Assembly: GCA_037441675.1 (NCBI GenBank) | Contig: JBBIRS010000002.1 | Span: forward strand, 167,249-231,248 | Reading direction: 5' to 3' | Length of the DNA: 64,000 nt | DNA from: Planctomycetales bacterium | GTDB lineage: Bacteria > 4484-113 | Shown here: one piece after another, positions 54,268-64,000 of the stretch | Numbering within the stretch: position 1 is the first letter of the stretch | How the letters are laid out: every line of letters starts with the position of its first letter | Made by a program: the position numbers and the translations under genes | The notes under the pieces: model-generated | Told to the model about the DNA's origin: nothing | Databases searched by the model: none | Seen by the model: only the letters and a program-made list of their open reading frames with translations

Positions 54268-54717
54268 TCAATAGTCCTCGAAACTTCCTGGTTTTTTAGT
54301 TTCTGCTAAGCGAGGGAAAACTTTTCGGTCTGTACCAGTTCTGCAGAAATCTATGAAAAGCGCACTTTGCCTTTGAATCTGCTCGAACATAATTTCACGC
54401 ATCAGGTCAAAAGCCTTGACCATTTTGGGATTCGCTAGACGGTAATATACTTGGTTTCCCACTTTCCTAGTCTCAAGAATGAGCCGCTCCTTCATAAGAC
54501 TTAGATGTTGGGAGGTACTGCTAATAGAAGCACCAAATCTTTCAGCAATGTCCAAAACGCTCAATTCGTTCTCCAGGAGTGCGTTGAGAATCGCCAGCCT
54601 CGTTGGATGGGAAAAAACTTTGCACATATCCGCATGAAGCTTGTAGAGCTCCTCCTCAGCGTTCAAGGACGAATGCATCTTTCTCCTCGCAGTTTTATTC
54701 TTCGCAATCATGGCCAT
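54268..54717 (-). CDS. ArsR/SmtB-family regulator
   Basis: CKVFSHPTRLAIL, SQHLSLMK, RKVGNQVYYRL. Confidence 0.88.
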   Translation of the reverse strand: MAMIAKNKTARRKMHSSLNAEEELYKLHADMCKVFSHPTRLAILNALLENELSVLDIAERFGASISSTSQHLSLMKERLILETRKVGNQVYYRLANPKMVKAFDLMREIMFEQIQRQSALFIDFCRTGTDRKVFPRLAETKKPGSFEDY

Positions 54718-54744
54718 AATGGTTAATATATCTCCTTAAGTAAT

Positions 54745-54780
54745 CAATTATTTCATAATATTCTAAAATATTAAATATTG
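54745..54780. promoter_or_regulatory. AT-rich inverted repeat, probable ArsR operator
   Basis: ATATTC-N9-AAATAT inside a larger imperfect palindrome upstream of the arsR RBS. Confidence 0.4.
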
Positions 54781-54872
54781 ATCAGAACGTGTGATTGCAA
54801 TAGATATTATTCGCGAGAAAGCATCTGTAAGCTTACTAGTGAATGGGTGGAACAGTGGGAAACGTTATTTTA

Positions 54873-55610
54873 TCAATGGGGAATGAAAGGCCAGGCAAGC
54901 CCCATTATCACGAGTAGTGTCCCGCCTATAAGAGCTTCGTAATTCTCAAGAAAACCCATTTGAAGTTTTTGAAGTCCTCGCAAAAGGGCGTAAACAAATA
55001 GAAGCATAAGTCCGACTGTCCCCATATAGTAGATTAGCGACACCAAAAAAACACCGAACCAACCCATCCTCACTGCGATAAGGTAATAAGCCTCAAGTTC
55101 CAGGCAGGGCGAAAAGAACATCATAATAAATAGTGCTCCAATTGTTACAATGCCTCTTTTGCTGGACAATGTCATAGCTTCACTGTGACCCTGAGAAAGT
55201 TCAGTTCCTTCTATCCCTTCAATTAAGTTACTATGATTATCGGTGTGAGAAAGCGTCGTTTTATGGAAATTTACGTGTCTAAATAGATGCACGTGGGAGG
55301 TCTTTCTACGAAAATGACGAAAAATCATTACTGCGCCAAGAAGAACTAGAATTGAGCCAGCAATAATTGTATATTGACGTTCTAACGTTTTCACGAAAGC
55401 AATCCCCACCATTCCGACAACAATTCCTAGGATAACTGTGCTCGAAAGGTGAGCTGTTCCGCCAATGAAAGTGGCGAAAAGTGTAGTTCGCGCTTGCCAA
55501 CCTTCGTTTCTTCCAACCACAACAAATGGTATCCAGTGGTTCGGAATGAGCGCATGCAAGGCTGAGAGAGCCACCGCACCAGAAATGAGGGCAATTAATT
55601 CAGTATTCAT
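54873..55610 (-). CDS. Ni/Co transporter-like membrane protein
   Basis: LHALIPNHW, His-containing loop, SPCLE, ~6 TM helices. Confidence 0.65.
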   Translation of the reverse strand: MNTELIALISGAVALSALHALIPNHWIPFVVVGRNEGWQARTTLFATFIGGTAHLSSTVILGIVVGMVGIAFVKTLERQYTIIAGSILVLLGAVMIFRHFRRKTSHVHLFRHVNFHKTTLSHTDNHSNLIEGIEGTELSQGHSEAMTLSSKRGIVTIGALFIMMFFSPCLELEAYYLIAVRMGWFGVFLVSLIYYMGTVGLMLLFVYALLRGLQKLQMGFLENYEALIGGTLLVIMGLAWPFIPH

Positions 55611-55671
55611 CTGCTTCTAGTAATACCTTACCTACCCAACCCAGCAAGCTTAGTGCATTAATAAACTGAGC

Positions 55672-56681
55672 TTACCTGCCCCGCTGGAATAATTCAATCA
55701 TCTTGTAAGGATAACCCAGATCAAAGGAGCTTACTTCGTCAAGTTTTGCGAGCTCATCCTCATTTAGCGCCCAATTTATTGTCTTTAGGTTGTCTTTCAA
55801 CTGCTCCATTGTTCTTGCCCCGATGATGACCGAAGATACCCAAGCTTTGGAAACTAACCAATTTAGTGCGCACTGGGAAACTGAAACCTTCCTAACTTTT
55901 GCGATATCTTTCAGAGCCTCAATTATAGCGAAAAGCTTTTCTTCTCGCCCCTGAAGGGGTACCACAGTTGGACGTCTATCTGCGTGTCTTCCTTTCTTTG
56001 GCCATTTAATTTGGGTGTATTTCCCGCTAAGAAGCCCACCCGCCAAGAGGGGCTCCACGGCAGTATCCCAAGCCCTTCTGAGATACATAGTGGAACTATC
56101 TCTCGCTCAATGTCCCTGCAGAGAAGGCTGGACTGCATTTGCGCGCTTACAAACTTCTCAAGCCCAAGCTTATCTGAAACTGAGAGTGCCTTCATTGCCT
56201 GCCAACCGGAGAAGTTTGAGAATCCTATGTAGCGAACCTTTCCCCAGCGGACAAGGTCATCTAGCGCGCGCATAGTTTCCTCAAGAGGGGTCTTAGAATC
56301 CCAACCGTGAATGTGGTATAGGTCTATGTAATCCGTGCCAAGGCGCTTCAAGCTTGCGTCGCACGCGCGAAGAATGTGATGCCTTGAGGCGCCAAGGTCA
56401 TTTGGATCAGGACTCACCCGCCCACGAAATTTCGTGGAAAGTATTACACTCTGCCTCTTCCTCCCGAGCGCCTTCCCAAGAATTATCTCCGCCTCACCGT
56501 TTCCATAAACATCCGCGGTATCAAAAAAGTTTATGCCAACATCAAGACACCTTGCCACCATTTCATTCCCAAGTTTCTGACCAACGCTTCCCTCGCCAAA
56601 CCTATCCTGCCCAAAAGTCATATTGCCAAAGCAAAGAACAGAAACTTTAAGCCCTGTTTTGCCTAAAAACCTGTATTCCAT
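55672..56681 (-). pseudogene. Aldo/keto reductase with one frameshift
   Basis: LGKTGLKVS, FFDTADVYG, SLKRLGTDYIDLY; frame changes inside the conserved PWSP/LAGG near 56050. Confidence 0.85.
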
Positions 56682-56733
56682 TGTATCCTCATAGATATGA
56701 ATTCCGCTCCGAGACGCGGTTGGAAGAGCTAAA

Positions 56734-57345
56734 CTACTCTACCTTGAGGAGAACTTTTTTCTCGTAGTAATTGCCCTCAAGTCACCGGGCTAAGGATTTG
56801 AAAAGAACCTGCAAGCGGATTTCCCTATCCGTGGCGTTTTCTCCCGGCGAAATCGTCTTCGTTATCTGAGCGAGCTTATCACCCGGATAACCCTCAAACT
56901 TCTCGACCAGTCGCTTCCCGCAGAAGGAGCGGTTCACATTCCACCTGCGCGCGAACTTTATGCTTGCCTCTGGCGCGCTTGTAAGCTCTTCCGGGTCAAC
57001 GTAAAGCCAGCCAACCATATCCGGCGGATATTGAACTTCTGGCTTAACACCGAAAACAGCTCTAACTCGCCTTTCAGTGCCCTGCTTTACGGGAATGACG
57101 TAACTTCCGTCACTTAGCCTAAAGGATTCGCCAGTTTTGGCATCAATAATATCAATGATTAGTTTGCCTTCATCCACCCAGGGCCCTGTATTTGTATGGT
57201 AGGAAAGACAACTTTCCTGTCTTCCCTCAAGGCTTGCCGCTGGCCAGGAGCTTGCAGGTTCATTGGTGAAAAGCATCATACCAATGCCTACTAAAACACC
57301 TAACCCCAGGAGTATGAACCGCCTACATTTCACAAATGCTCTCAT
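56734..57345 (-). pseudogene. Secreted protein, probably a decayed cytochrome c-like protein
   Basis: Signal peptide; SCLSYH (CxxCH with one change); TGA at 56782-84 followed in frame by LEGNYYEKKVLLKVE*. Confidence 0.45.
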
Positions 57346-57391
57346 CTTCCATTCCTCCTACTTAATTTGTTAGGATGATAGAAATTATACT

Positions 57392-58681
57392 TTGAATGGG
57401 GGAAAAATCTTTTCTTTGATTACGAGCTCATTCTGGATTATGAATGTAAAATCTGAGCGTATGCTAATTAGCTCAAGTGAACAGCGTCCGACTAAGAGAA
57501 ACTTCCGCTTGCATCCAGTGGTTTACGCAACAGGTTGGGTGAGCTTTTTTACGGACTTGGGAAGTGAGCTGATATATCCGTTAATCCCCCTCTTTCTAAC
57601 AGTTGAGCTCTCCGCATCCCGCGCGCTTCTTGGGCTGATTGAAGGACTTGCGGAAGGGGTTCCTGCGATAACCCGTTGGCTCGCAGGGGGAATCTCTGAT
57701 CGTCTCAAGAACCGTAAGTGGATTATCTTTATAGGTTACACAATTTCAAGCGCAAGCAAACCGCTTATTGGCTTATCCGCAACAGCAAGTCAGGTGCTTA
57801 CGTTCCGCGTGATTGACCGATTAGGAAAAGGTATCCGTGGCGCACCGCGGGATGCTCTAGTGGCAGATTTGAGCAACGCCAATTCGCAGGGCTACGCCTT
57901 CGGCTTTCAACGAGCGATGGACCATGCAGGCGCCATGTTTGGTGGGCTGATTTCGTTTTTCCTTGTCGGCGTCCTCGCATTCTCCCTTCGCCACGCGTTC
58001 CTCATCTCCGTTATTCCAGGAATAATCGTTCTTGCGCTAATACTTTTGTTTATTCGTGACAAATCGATTCGCAAACCTGCGTCAGCGCCAGTGTTGCGCT
58101 CGCTAGATTGGCGCGGTCTTCCTACTGTCTTTTATCTTTATCTTGTTTCCGCAATTATTTTCGCATTTGCCAATTCCAGCGATGCCTTTCTGCTTTTGCG
58201 CTCGTATGAAATCGGAATTTCCGCTGGATTAGTGCCTCTTCTTTGGGTAGTGCTCCACTTCGTTAAAGCGATAACTTCCGTTTGGGGTGGAAGGCTTTCC
58301 GATGCTGTTGGCAGAAAGCCCGTTTTAATTTTTGGCTGGACGCTTTACTCAATTGTCTATCTCGGGTTTGCTTTTGCCAGCGCAAAATGGACTCCATGGG
58401 TTCTCTTTGCCCTATACGGCTACTTCTACGGCGCAACCGAAGGAACAGCCAAGGCACTAGTGGCGGATTTAGTGTGTGAGGATAGGCGAGGTGCCGCGTT
58501 TGGCATACTTGGAACACTGGAAGGAGTTATTTTCATTTTCGCAAGCATCCTCGCAGGGGTGCTGTGGGACATTACGGGAAGCGCCAAACTACCGCTGATA
58601 CTCTCCGCATCTCTTTCTCTCCTTGCCACCCTCTGGCTCACATTATCTCTTAGCCCTAGGGCGAACCCGCGAACGCGATGA
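57392..58681 (+). CDS. MFS transporter
   Basis: VSFFTDLGSELIYP, DRLGKGIRGAPRDAL, RAMDHAGA, ANSSDAFLLL, GRLSDAVGRK. True start may be 57461. Confidence 0.92.
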   Translation: MNGGKIFSLITSSFWIMNVKSERMLISSSEQRPTKRNFRLHPVVYATGWVSFFTDLGSELIYPLIPLFLTVELSASRALLGLIEGLAEGVPAITRWLAGGISDRLKNRKWIIFIGYTISSASKPLIGLSATASQVLTFRVIDRLGKGIRGAPRDALVADLSNANSQGYAFGFQRAMDHAGAMFGGLISFFLVGVLAFSLRHAFLISVIPGIIVLALILLFIRDKSIRKPASAPVLRSLDWRGLPTVFYLYLVSAIIFAFANSSDAFLLLRSYEIGISAGLVPLLWVVLHFVKAITSVWGGRLSDAVGRKPVLIFGWTLYSIVYLGFAFASAKWTPWVLFALYGYFYGATEGTAKALVADLVCEDRRGAAFGILGTLEGVIFIFASILAGVLWDITGSAKLPLILSASLSLLATLWLTLSLSPRANPRTR

Positions 58682-59129
58682 TGACTTCCGTTTGTGAGAT
58701 ACCACCGGAAAGAAACTCTCCCCATACCTCGCCTTTTCCAATTGAATTGCCCACGCGCTGTATTTACTCTGTTTTGGATAAGAAGGGAAAGGTCATAGAC
58801 CTATAGCTGGTACTGACACCACGCTTGTTGCCGCAAAGCTTTTATGGCACGAGTGGTTCGGAATTGACATTAGCCGTGAATATGTAAAATTCGCTGAAGA
58901 AAGAATTAAAAACGCTGAGAGAAAGAGAAAACGCGTAGAGGCTGAAGTATCACTCTACCTCGTTACAAAGACCTTTGCTGAAAGGAAGGCTCGTGGCTAG
59001 TGGGTAGGAAGATACAGAACGCCTAACAATGAGGTAAGGAAAGAGCAGATGGATTTGAGTGAACTGAATGTAAGGCATCTTCCGAAACGAAGCAAGCGCG
59101 ATCAAAAGATCAAAGCGTATGAGCGTTGA
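58681..59129 (+). pseudogene. C-terminal remnant of a beta-class N4/N6 DNA methyltransferase
   Basis: H.SPFPIELPTRCI, VID(frameshift)..GTDTT.VAAK, GIDISREY..AEERI; internal TAG at 58998-59000; N-terminal half absent. Confidence 0.75.
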
Positions 59130-59154
59130 AACTTCCGCTCTTATCTGTTATAAT
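59126..59154 (+). promoter_or_regulatory. Sigma70 promoter for the KamA-family gene
   Basis: TTGAAA, 17 nt, TG-n-TATAAT. Confidence 0.75.
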
Positions 59155-59159
59155 GGAAT

Positions 59160-59437
59160 TAGATGGATTAGGGCGTAGTTACTATAGTTACTTTACTTGA
59201 ACAGCTGAGTGCGTGTTGCCTAAGTTCCTAATGCCAGGAAGGGTGCTGGTAGGATTTTGGCTTGTGTTACCGCCCTGTCCCTAAGCGTTTTTCGCGTAGG
59301 GCAACTAAACGGATCTACTTCTGTCTTGTAGCCCCATACGACGGTTTGGAGTTGCGCCAAACCGCAAGCGGGACCTAAAGTGTGGCTTAAGTGCTCACTT
59401 TTGTTCCTGCCTTAGACAACCAAAAAGGAGGTTGCCG
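59160..59437 (+). ncRNA. Candidate structured 5' leader RNA
   Basis: ~280 nt between promoter and ATG with several stems; the last hairpin overlaps the GGAGG RBS. Confidence 0.4.
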
Positions 59438-60559
59438 ATGGCAAAAGTTAAATATATTACGCGTGTCTCTAAGTTGGAGGAAATCCCTCATAGGGATAAG
59501 GCTTGGATGGAGGAGGTGCATTCGCGCTACAAGTTCCGCGCCAACGACTACTACATGTCTCTCGTTAATTGGGACGACCCAGATGATCCGATAAGGCGCC
59601 TAGTGATTCCCAATAAAGGAGAATTGGAAGAATGGGGCGAGCTGGACGCAAGCGAGGAAAAATCAGTCACCCCAGTTCCCGGGCTTGAGCACAAGTATCG
59701 GGATACTGCACTTCTGCTTGTCAGCGAAGTTTGCGATGCATACTGTAGATTCTGCTTCAGAAAGCGTCTGTTCATAGACGAAAACAATGAAGTCGTACCT
59801 GGAACCGCTCAACAGATTGATTACATCAAGAAGCATAATGAAATCACCAACGTGCTTTTAACAGGTGGAGACCCCTTGATTTTATCCACCCATAAACTTG
59901 AGGTAATCCTATCTCAGCTCAGGCAGATTGACCACGTGCAGATTATTCGCATTGGCACTGAAATGCCTGCGTTTAACTTCTTCCGTATCCTAGATGACCC
60001 AAGCCTACTTGAAATGCTTGGCAGATACTCAACCCCTACAAGGCGAATCTACATTATGGCTCACTACAACCATCCTTGGGAGCTAACTCATGAAAGTATT
60101 TCAGCCATCGATTTACTCTTGAAGGCTGGATGTATTATCTGCAATCAGTCACCAATAATTCGTGGAATTAATGATAACATTGATACTCTCGTTGAACTAA
60201 TGCGCAAACTATCCTTCTATGGAATTCCGCCATATTACTTCTTCCAGTGCAGGCCAACAGCTGGCAATAAAACCTTTGACCTTCCAATTGTTAAAGCTTG
60301 GCATGTCTTTGACCGCGCGAGACGAATGGTTAGGGGGCTTGCATCCCGCGCGCGATTTGTTATGAGTCACTCAAGTGGGAAAATTGAAGTCCTCGCAGTT
60401 GATCAAGAGCATATCTACCTACGCTATCACCGGGCTAGGAATCCTCACGATGAAGGACGCTTTATGATTATGAAAAGAGATGATAACGCTTATTGGTATG
60501 ACGACTTGGTTGAAGTTGGCATTGAACCGAGAATGGATACTATATTTATTGAAACATAA
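59438..60559 (+). CDS. KamA-family radical SAM protein (lysine 2,3-aminomutase-like)
   Basis: DPDDPIRR, GLEHKY, CDAYCRFCFRKR, LTGGDPL, IIRIG, HYNHP, PYYFFQC, SSGKIE. Confidence 0.9.
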   Translation: MAKVKYITRVSKLEEIPHRDKAWMEEVHSRYKFRANDYYMSLVNWDDPDDPIRRLVIPNKGELEEWGELDASEEKSVTPVPGLEHKYRDTALLLVSEVCDAYCRFCFRKRLFIDENNEVVPGTAQQIDYIKKHNEITNVLLTGGDPLILSTHKLEVILSQLRQIDHVQIIRIGTEMPAFNFFRILDDPSLLEMLGRYSTPTRRIYIMAHYNHPWELTHESISAIDLLLKAGCIICNQSPIIRGINDNIDTLVELMRKLSFYGIPPYYFFQCRPTAGNKTFDLPIVKAWHVFDRARRMVRGLASRARFVMSHSSGKIEVLAVDQEHIYLRYHRARNPHDEGRFMIMKRDDNAYWYDDLVEVGIEPRMDTIFIET

Positions 60560-60765
60560 CTTTTCTCATCGCTCTTCGTTCAAGGTGTACATTAGCAGAA
60601 AAACCTTTATAAGGGTAAGGCTCTAAACATAAGAAATTGCTTTCTGTGAGAGTGGAGTTAAGCGTTACTTTCCTCTTTCTCATAAATTCGCCAATACCCA
60701 AAAATTACCGCTTGTTTGACGTAAATGCTCGTTTTCTGCCATAATTTCTTAGGTGGTAAGAGCCA

Positions 60766-61902
60766 GTGCTTTTTAGAAAGAGCAAAAGAAGCTCATCGTC
60801 CCTCTCTAGGGTATTGATGGTACGGCTTCCAATTACGCTACTTCTTTTCTTAGCAATTCCGAAAGTATCTACCGCCCGTGAAGAGGCAACTGAGGTAGTC
60901 TCCCGCTTCATCTCAGCAATCCTTGAGGGTAACGAATCAGCGGTAATGGATTTGATTCATTCGGCATTTAACGCCGAAGTTGGCGATAAAAGTGAATTCA
61001 ACTTGTGGCTCAGAAAGTGGTTTGGATGGGACGATGATTACATCTTTGAACCAAGCTCTCTCTCGGTAAAAACCGAAGGCGACACAATAAAGGTGTCAGG
61101 TAGCTTCACTCGGGCGTGGCTTATGGGCATTCACGCGGATGACGTGGATATTTCAGCAGAAACCGAGTTGACCGAAGGTTTGGAGGAAGAAGGGGCATCC
61201 GTTCAGAAGGTAGAGAAAACAGAAACAATAACCTTTACCCTGAAGAAGGAGGATGCGGGAAAGATCAAGATAATTGGTATAGAAGGAATGAGTATGTACG
61301 ACCCGCAAGCGGCGGCGGTCGGCTCCCGTGATCCCCGTGCTAAGAAGATTGGTCAGGCTCTTTCATCTTTAACAAAAATTCCATTGATTGGTGGTATCTT
61401 CAGTCCTAACAAGATGGAGTTTGAGAAAGGCAAAAGGGGATTAATCTTTCTAGTCGTCGTAGTTGGAGGGATGATGACATTGTGGATAGGAGTCGGCGTT
61501 GCCAAGACGCAACTGCAGTTAGCTGTTCTTAATGCCCATTCTTTCCCCGAGGGAGTTAGCTATCACACTCAATTTCAAAACTACATTGAACATCGTGCAC
61601 GGCTCGAATCTGGAAGCACTGAGAAGCGTCACGATTTTTATCTTCGTAGGTTGATTGACGAGGGCAAATTTGATGAAGCCAAGGCTTACACGGAAGGGAT
61701 GGTTGTATTTGCCAAGAGAAAGAGAGACAAGAAGGCAGTTGAAACTTACCAAAGCTACCGCAAACGGGTAGAAACTCTTCATGAAGATTATCTCTCTTCC
61801 AAGAAATCTGATGATGTTGCCCTTATCCATAAGGACAAGACTGACCTCGATGTTCATCACATTCTAGGGGTTACGAAAGAGCATAAGGAAAACGGGGAAT
61901 AA
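60766..61902 (+). CDS. Membrane-anchored exported protein with shared C-terminal helical domain
   Basis: Signal peptide, possible NTF2-like region, TM helix, then DFYLRRLIDEGKFDEAK..D..AVETYQSY. Confidence 0.65.
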   Translation: MLFRKSKRSSSSLSRVLMVRLPITLLLFLAIPKVSTAREEATEVVSRFISAILEGNESAVMDLIHSAFNAEVGDKSEFNLWLRKWFGWDDDYIFEPSSLSVKTEGDTIKVSGSFTRAWLMGIHADDVDISAETELTEGLEEEGASVQKVEKTETITFTLKKEDAGKIKIIGIEGMSMYDPQAAAVGSRDPRAKKIGQALSSLTKIPLIGGIFSPNKMEFEKGKRGLIFLVVVVGGMMTLWIGVGVAKTQLQLAVLNAHSFPEGVSYHTQFQNYIEHRARLESGSTEKRHDFYLRRLIDEGKFDEAKAYTEGMVVFAKRKRDKKAVETYQSYRKRVETLHEDYLSSKKSDDVALIHKDKTDLDVHHILGVTKEHKENGE

Positions 61903-62096
61903 CAAAGATTTTTGTCGAGACTTCTTCCTCAGAAAAGTTTCAAAATGAGAAGCATGAATGTAGCGGTTAAAGGCGGTGCATCTTGCGCAATCTAAAAGTC
62001 TTGGAAAGCTTCTCTACCTTTGGCGAAAAGCGTATTGCGAATAAAAATAAAAATAAATGCGCTACTTGCTTTATCACCCTTCTGCTCCTAACCCAA

Positions 62097-63287
62097 TTAT
62101 CCTATTACCTCTTGAATGATTTGATGGTACTTCTCACCTAACCTTTGCGGATCAAAGAGTTCTAAAACTTTCCTTCTCTGTCTTATAACTTCATCCGTTG
62201 GGGTATTTAACACAACATCTCTGGCTTTATCGAGGGCTTCCAAATATCCCTCAGCGTTACTACTTCTTGCCCTGATTAGAAGTGAAATGTCTTCTAATTC
62301 ATTGGGTATAAGAAGTTCCGCTGGAACTATAACCGCAATGCCGTGAGCTAATAATTCGGGTATCTTAGCTGGCCACATAGTCCGCGTCCATGCTGGATAT
62401 TCATGCACAAGAGAGATATGCCACTTGGAATATTCTTGTAGGAGCCTTTCCCGTTCCATCCAGCCAAAATGAACGCTAAAGTTTGAGGGTGAATTAGCGT
62501 AAAAATTCTCCACTAGTGGGCGCCACGCACCACTGCCTATCAATCTAAACTTGAACAATTTTGGATTAGCTCTTCTCACGACTTCTAGGTAGGTTTTAAA
62601 GTCATATCCTCGCCCCCAGAGACCCGCATAGCCAACAGTTAATTTATCTTCACTTGCGGGAAGCCTTCGGACAAAGCTCTGCAATGGGACATCTACTGGG
62701 TTCATCACTAGCTCAATTGGTTTACCTTGAAGCTCATTTTGGAGGATCTTATAGAGGTTTGGCTGATTCACTACTATCTTACTTGCACCTTGATACATCC
62801 TTCTTGCCCAGCCATCAATGTAGCGATAAAGAATAGAGGGAAGGGGAAGCTCAGCTATACGTAAATTCTCCGGATAAAGGTCTCTTATATCGTAGATGAA
62901 AGGTACGTTGAACTTAAGTGCAAGACTAAAACCAAGGCAGGCGGCAGAGAAAAAAGGACTCGTTCCAATCACCAAGTCGGGATGTTGAAGTGACTTCCAG
63001 AGTTTAATTCCCCTCGTATAAAAACGCACTTCCTCAGTGATCCTCTGGTGAACATTAAATTTTGCATCAGGAACGTGGAAAACTAGAACCTTGGCGCCAT
63101 GACTAAAGTAGGAACCTTGCATTCCGTCAAAATTTTCGAACTTGAAACCCCTTGGGTACCTTGGATTACAGGTTAGAACCTCAACATTAACACCCTTACT
63201 TGAAAGATACTTGGCGAAGACACCCATTCGGGAAGCTGCAGGGCCAATTTCAGGGGGGAAATAACTTGAAATAAACAGAACCTTCAA
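62097..63287 (-). CDS. Glycosyltransferase family 4
   Basis: YFPPEIG, PRYPRG, TSP, DIRDLYPE, YAG..G, PAKIPE. Confidence 0.88.
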   Translation of the reverse strand: MKVLFISSYFPPEIGPAASRMGVFAKYLSSKGVNVEVLTCNPRYPRGFKFENFDGMQGSYFSHGAKVLVFHVPDAKFNVHQRITEEVRFYTRGIKLWKSLQHPDLVIGTSPFFSAACLGFSLALKFNVPFIYDIRDLYPENLRIAELPLPSILYRYIDGWARRMYQGASKIVVNQPNLYKILQNELQGKPIELVMNPVDVPLQSFVRRLPASEDKLTVGYAGLWGRGYDFKTYLEVVRRANPKLFKFRLIGSGAWRPLVENFYANSPSNFSVHFGWMERERLLQEYSKWHISLVHEYPAWTRTMWPAKIPELLAHGIAVIVPAELLIPNELEDISLLIRARSSNAEGYLEALDKARDVVLNTPTDEVIRQRRKVLELFDPQRLGEKYHQIIQEVIG

Positions 63288-63294
63288 GATGACA

Positions 63295-64000
63295 TCACGT
63301 CCCTACTCCATAATACTTTAAGCCATAACTCTCAACTACAGAGCGTTGCCAGATATTCCTCCCATCAAAAACGACCTTCTCCCGCAGAAGAGAGTAAATC
63401 TTGGCAAAGTCTGGACTACTGAATTCTGGCCATTCAGTGATAAGCATAAGGGTATCCGCACCGTCTAAAGCCTTAAGAGAGTTCTCTGCGTAAGTAACAC
63501 TGTTATTGAGTATCTTTTTTGCTTGTTCATATCCGCTGGGCTCAAAAACGTTAATCTTACATTTACGCTCTAGAAGACCTTCAATAACCTTTAAGCTAGG
63601 AGCGTATCTCATATCGTTTGTGTTTGGCTTAAAGGCTAAACCCCAGATTGCAACTACTTTGCCTCTGGATAATTCCTTGAAATGAAGGTCAAACTTCTCT
63701 AGGAGCCTCTTGGCTTGGCGATTGTTGATTTCCACTGTAGCTCTAGCGAGAAGCATTGGCTCCCCGACTTGCTCACCGATGTGAATGAGAGCATTCAAGT
63801 CTTTGGGAAAACAGCTTCCTCCAAAACCAACTCCAGCGGAGAGGAACCTTGGTCCAATCCTTGAATCCATTCCCATTCCAATCCTAACTTGCCTATAGTT
63901 TGCGTTCAACTTTTCACAAAGATTTGCAATTTCGTTAGCAAAGCTGATTCTCATCGCCAGCATAGTGTTTGATGCATACTTCACTAGCTCACTACTCCTA
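63295..64000 (-). CDS. ugd: UDP-glucose 6-dehydrogenase (5' end outside window)
   Basis: KYASN..RISFANE, GFGGSCFPKD, GLAFKPNT.DMR, TEWPEF, DGRN. Confidence 0.93.
   Translation of the reverse strand, partial: RSSELVKYASNTMLAMRISFANEIANLCEKLNANYRQVRIGMGMDSRIGPRFLSAGVGFGGSCFPKDLNALIHIGEQVGEPMLLARATVEINNRQAKRLLEKFDLHFKELSRGKVVAIWGLAFKPNTNDMRYAPSLKVIEGLLERKCKINVFEPSGYEQAKKILNNSVTYAENSLKALDGADTLMLITEWPEFSSPDFAKIYSLLREKVVFDGRNIWQRSVVESYGLKYYGVGT

Noticed and set aside
56782..56784. Selenocysteine at the in-frame TGA
   Set aside because: No redox-Cys context or clear SECIS; the gene shows other damage and lies in the decaying tract.

Overview
Bacterial chromosomal window, probably from an uncultured lineage with an outer membrane (TolC, a putative porin, DUF3084, Tat and lipoprotein signals). 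No phage, integrase, transposase or CRISPR array was seen. Housekeeping and metabolic genes include an acyl-CoA dehydrogenase, fur, hypF, a TetR-TolC-MFP-RND efflux operon, rtcB, a split transketolase, pyrH, tRNA-Lys, tRNA-Glu, a KamA-family radical SAM enzyme, a GT4 and ugd. Most notable: (1) four paralogous surface proteins share an N-terminal module, a dockerin-like double Ca-loop (invariant GDYNQDG) apparently inserted in an Fn3/Ig-like fold, and carry different C-terminal cargos; two of them and an adjacent Fn3/PKD gene are interrupted by a TAG, a homopolymer slip or a frameshift. (2) An orphan 5S rRNA gene has its own sigma70 promoter with the predicted start at the mature 5' end, alongside many apparently leaderless mRNAs. 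(3) A ~45-aa C-terminal helical domain I do not recognise recurs on three unrelated membrane proteins. (4) A 68-aa protein shares the motif ARYGGGRDxD with a surface lipoprotein using different codons. (5) A Ttr/Arr-clade molybdoenzyme B-A pair is followed by a porin rather than a membrane anchor. (6) A long structured leader precedes the KamA-family gene. (7) REP-like palindromes are dispersed through the window, and a pseudogene-rich tract spans ~49.7-59.1 kb. All assignments come from motif recognition by eye; no searches were run.
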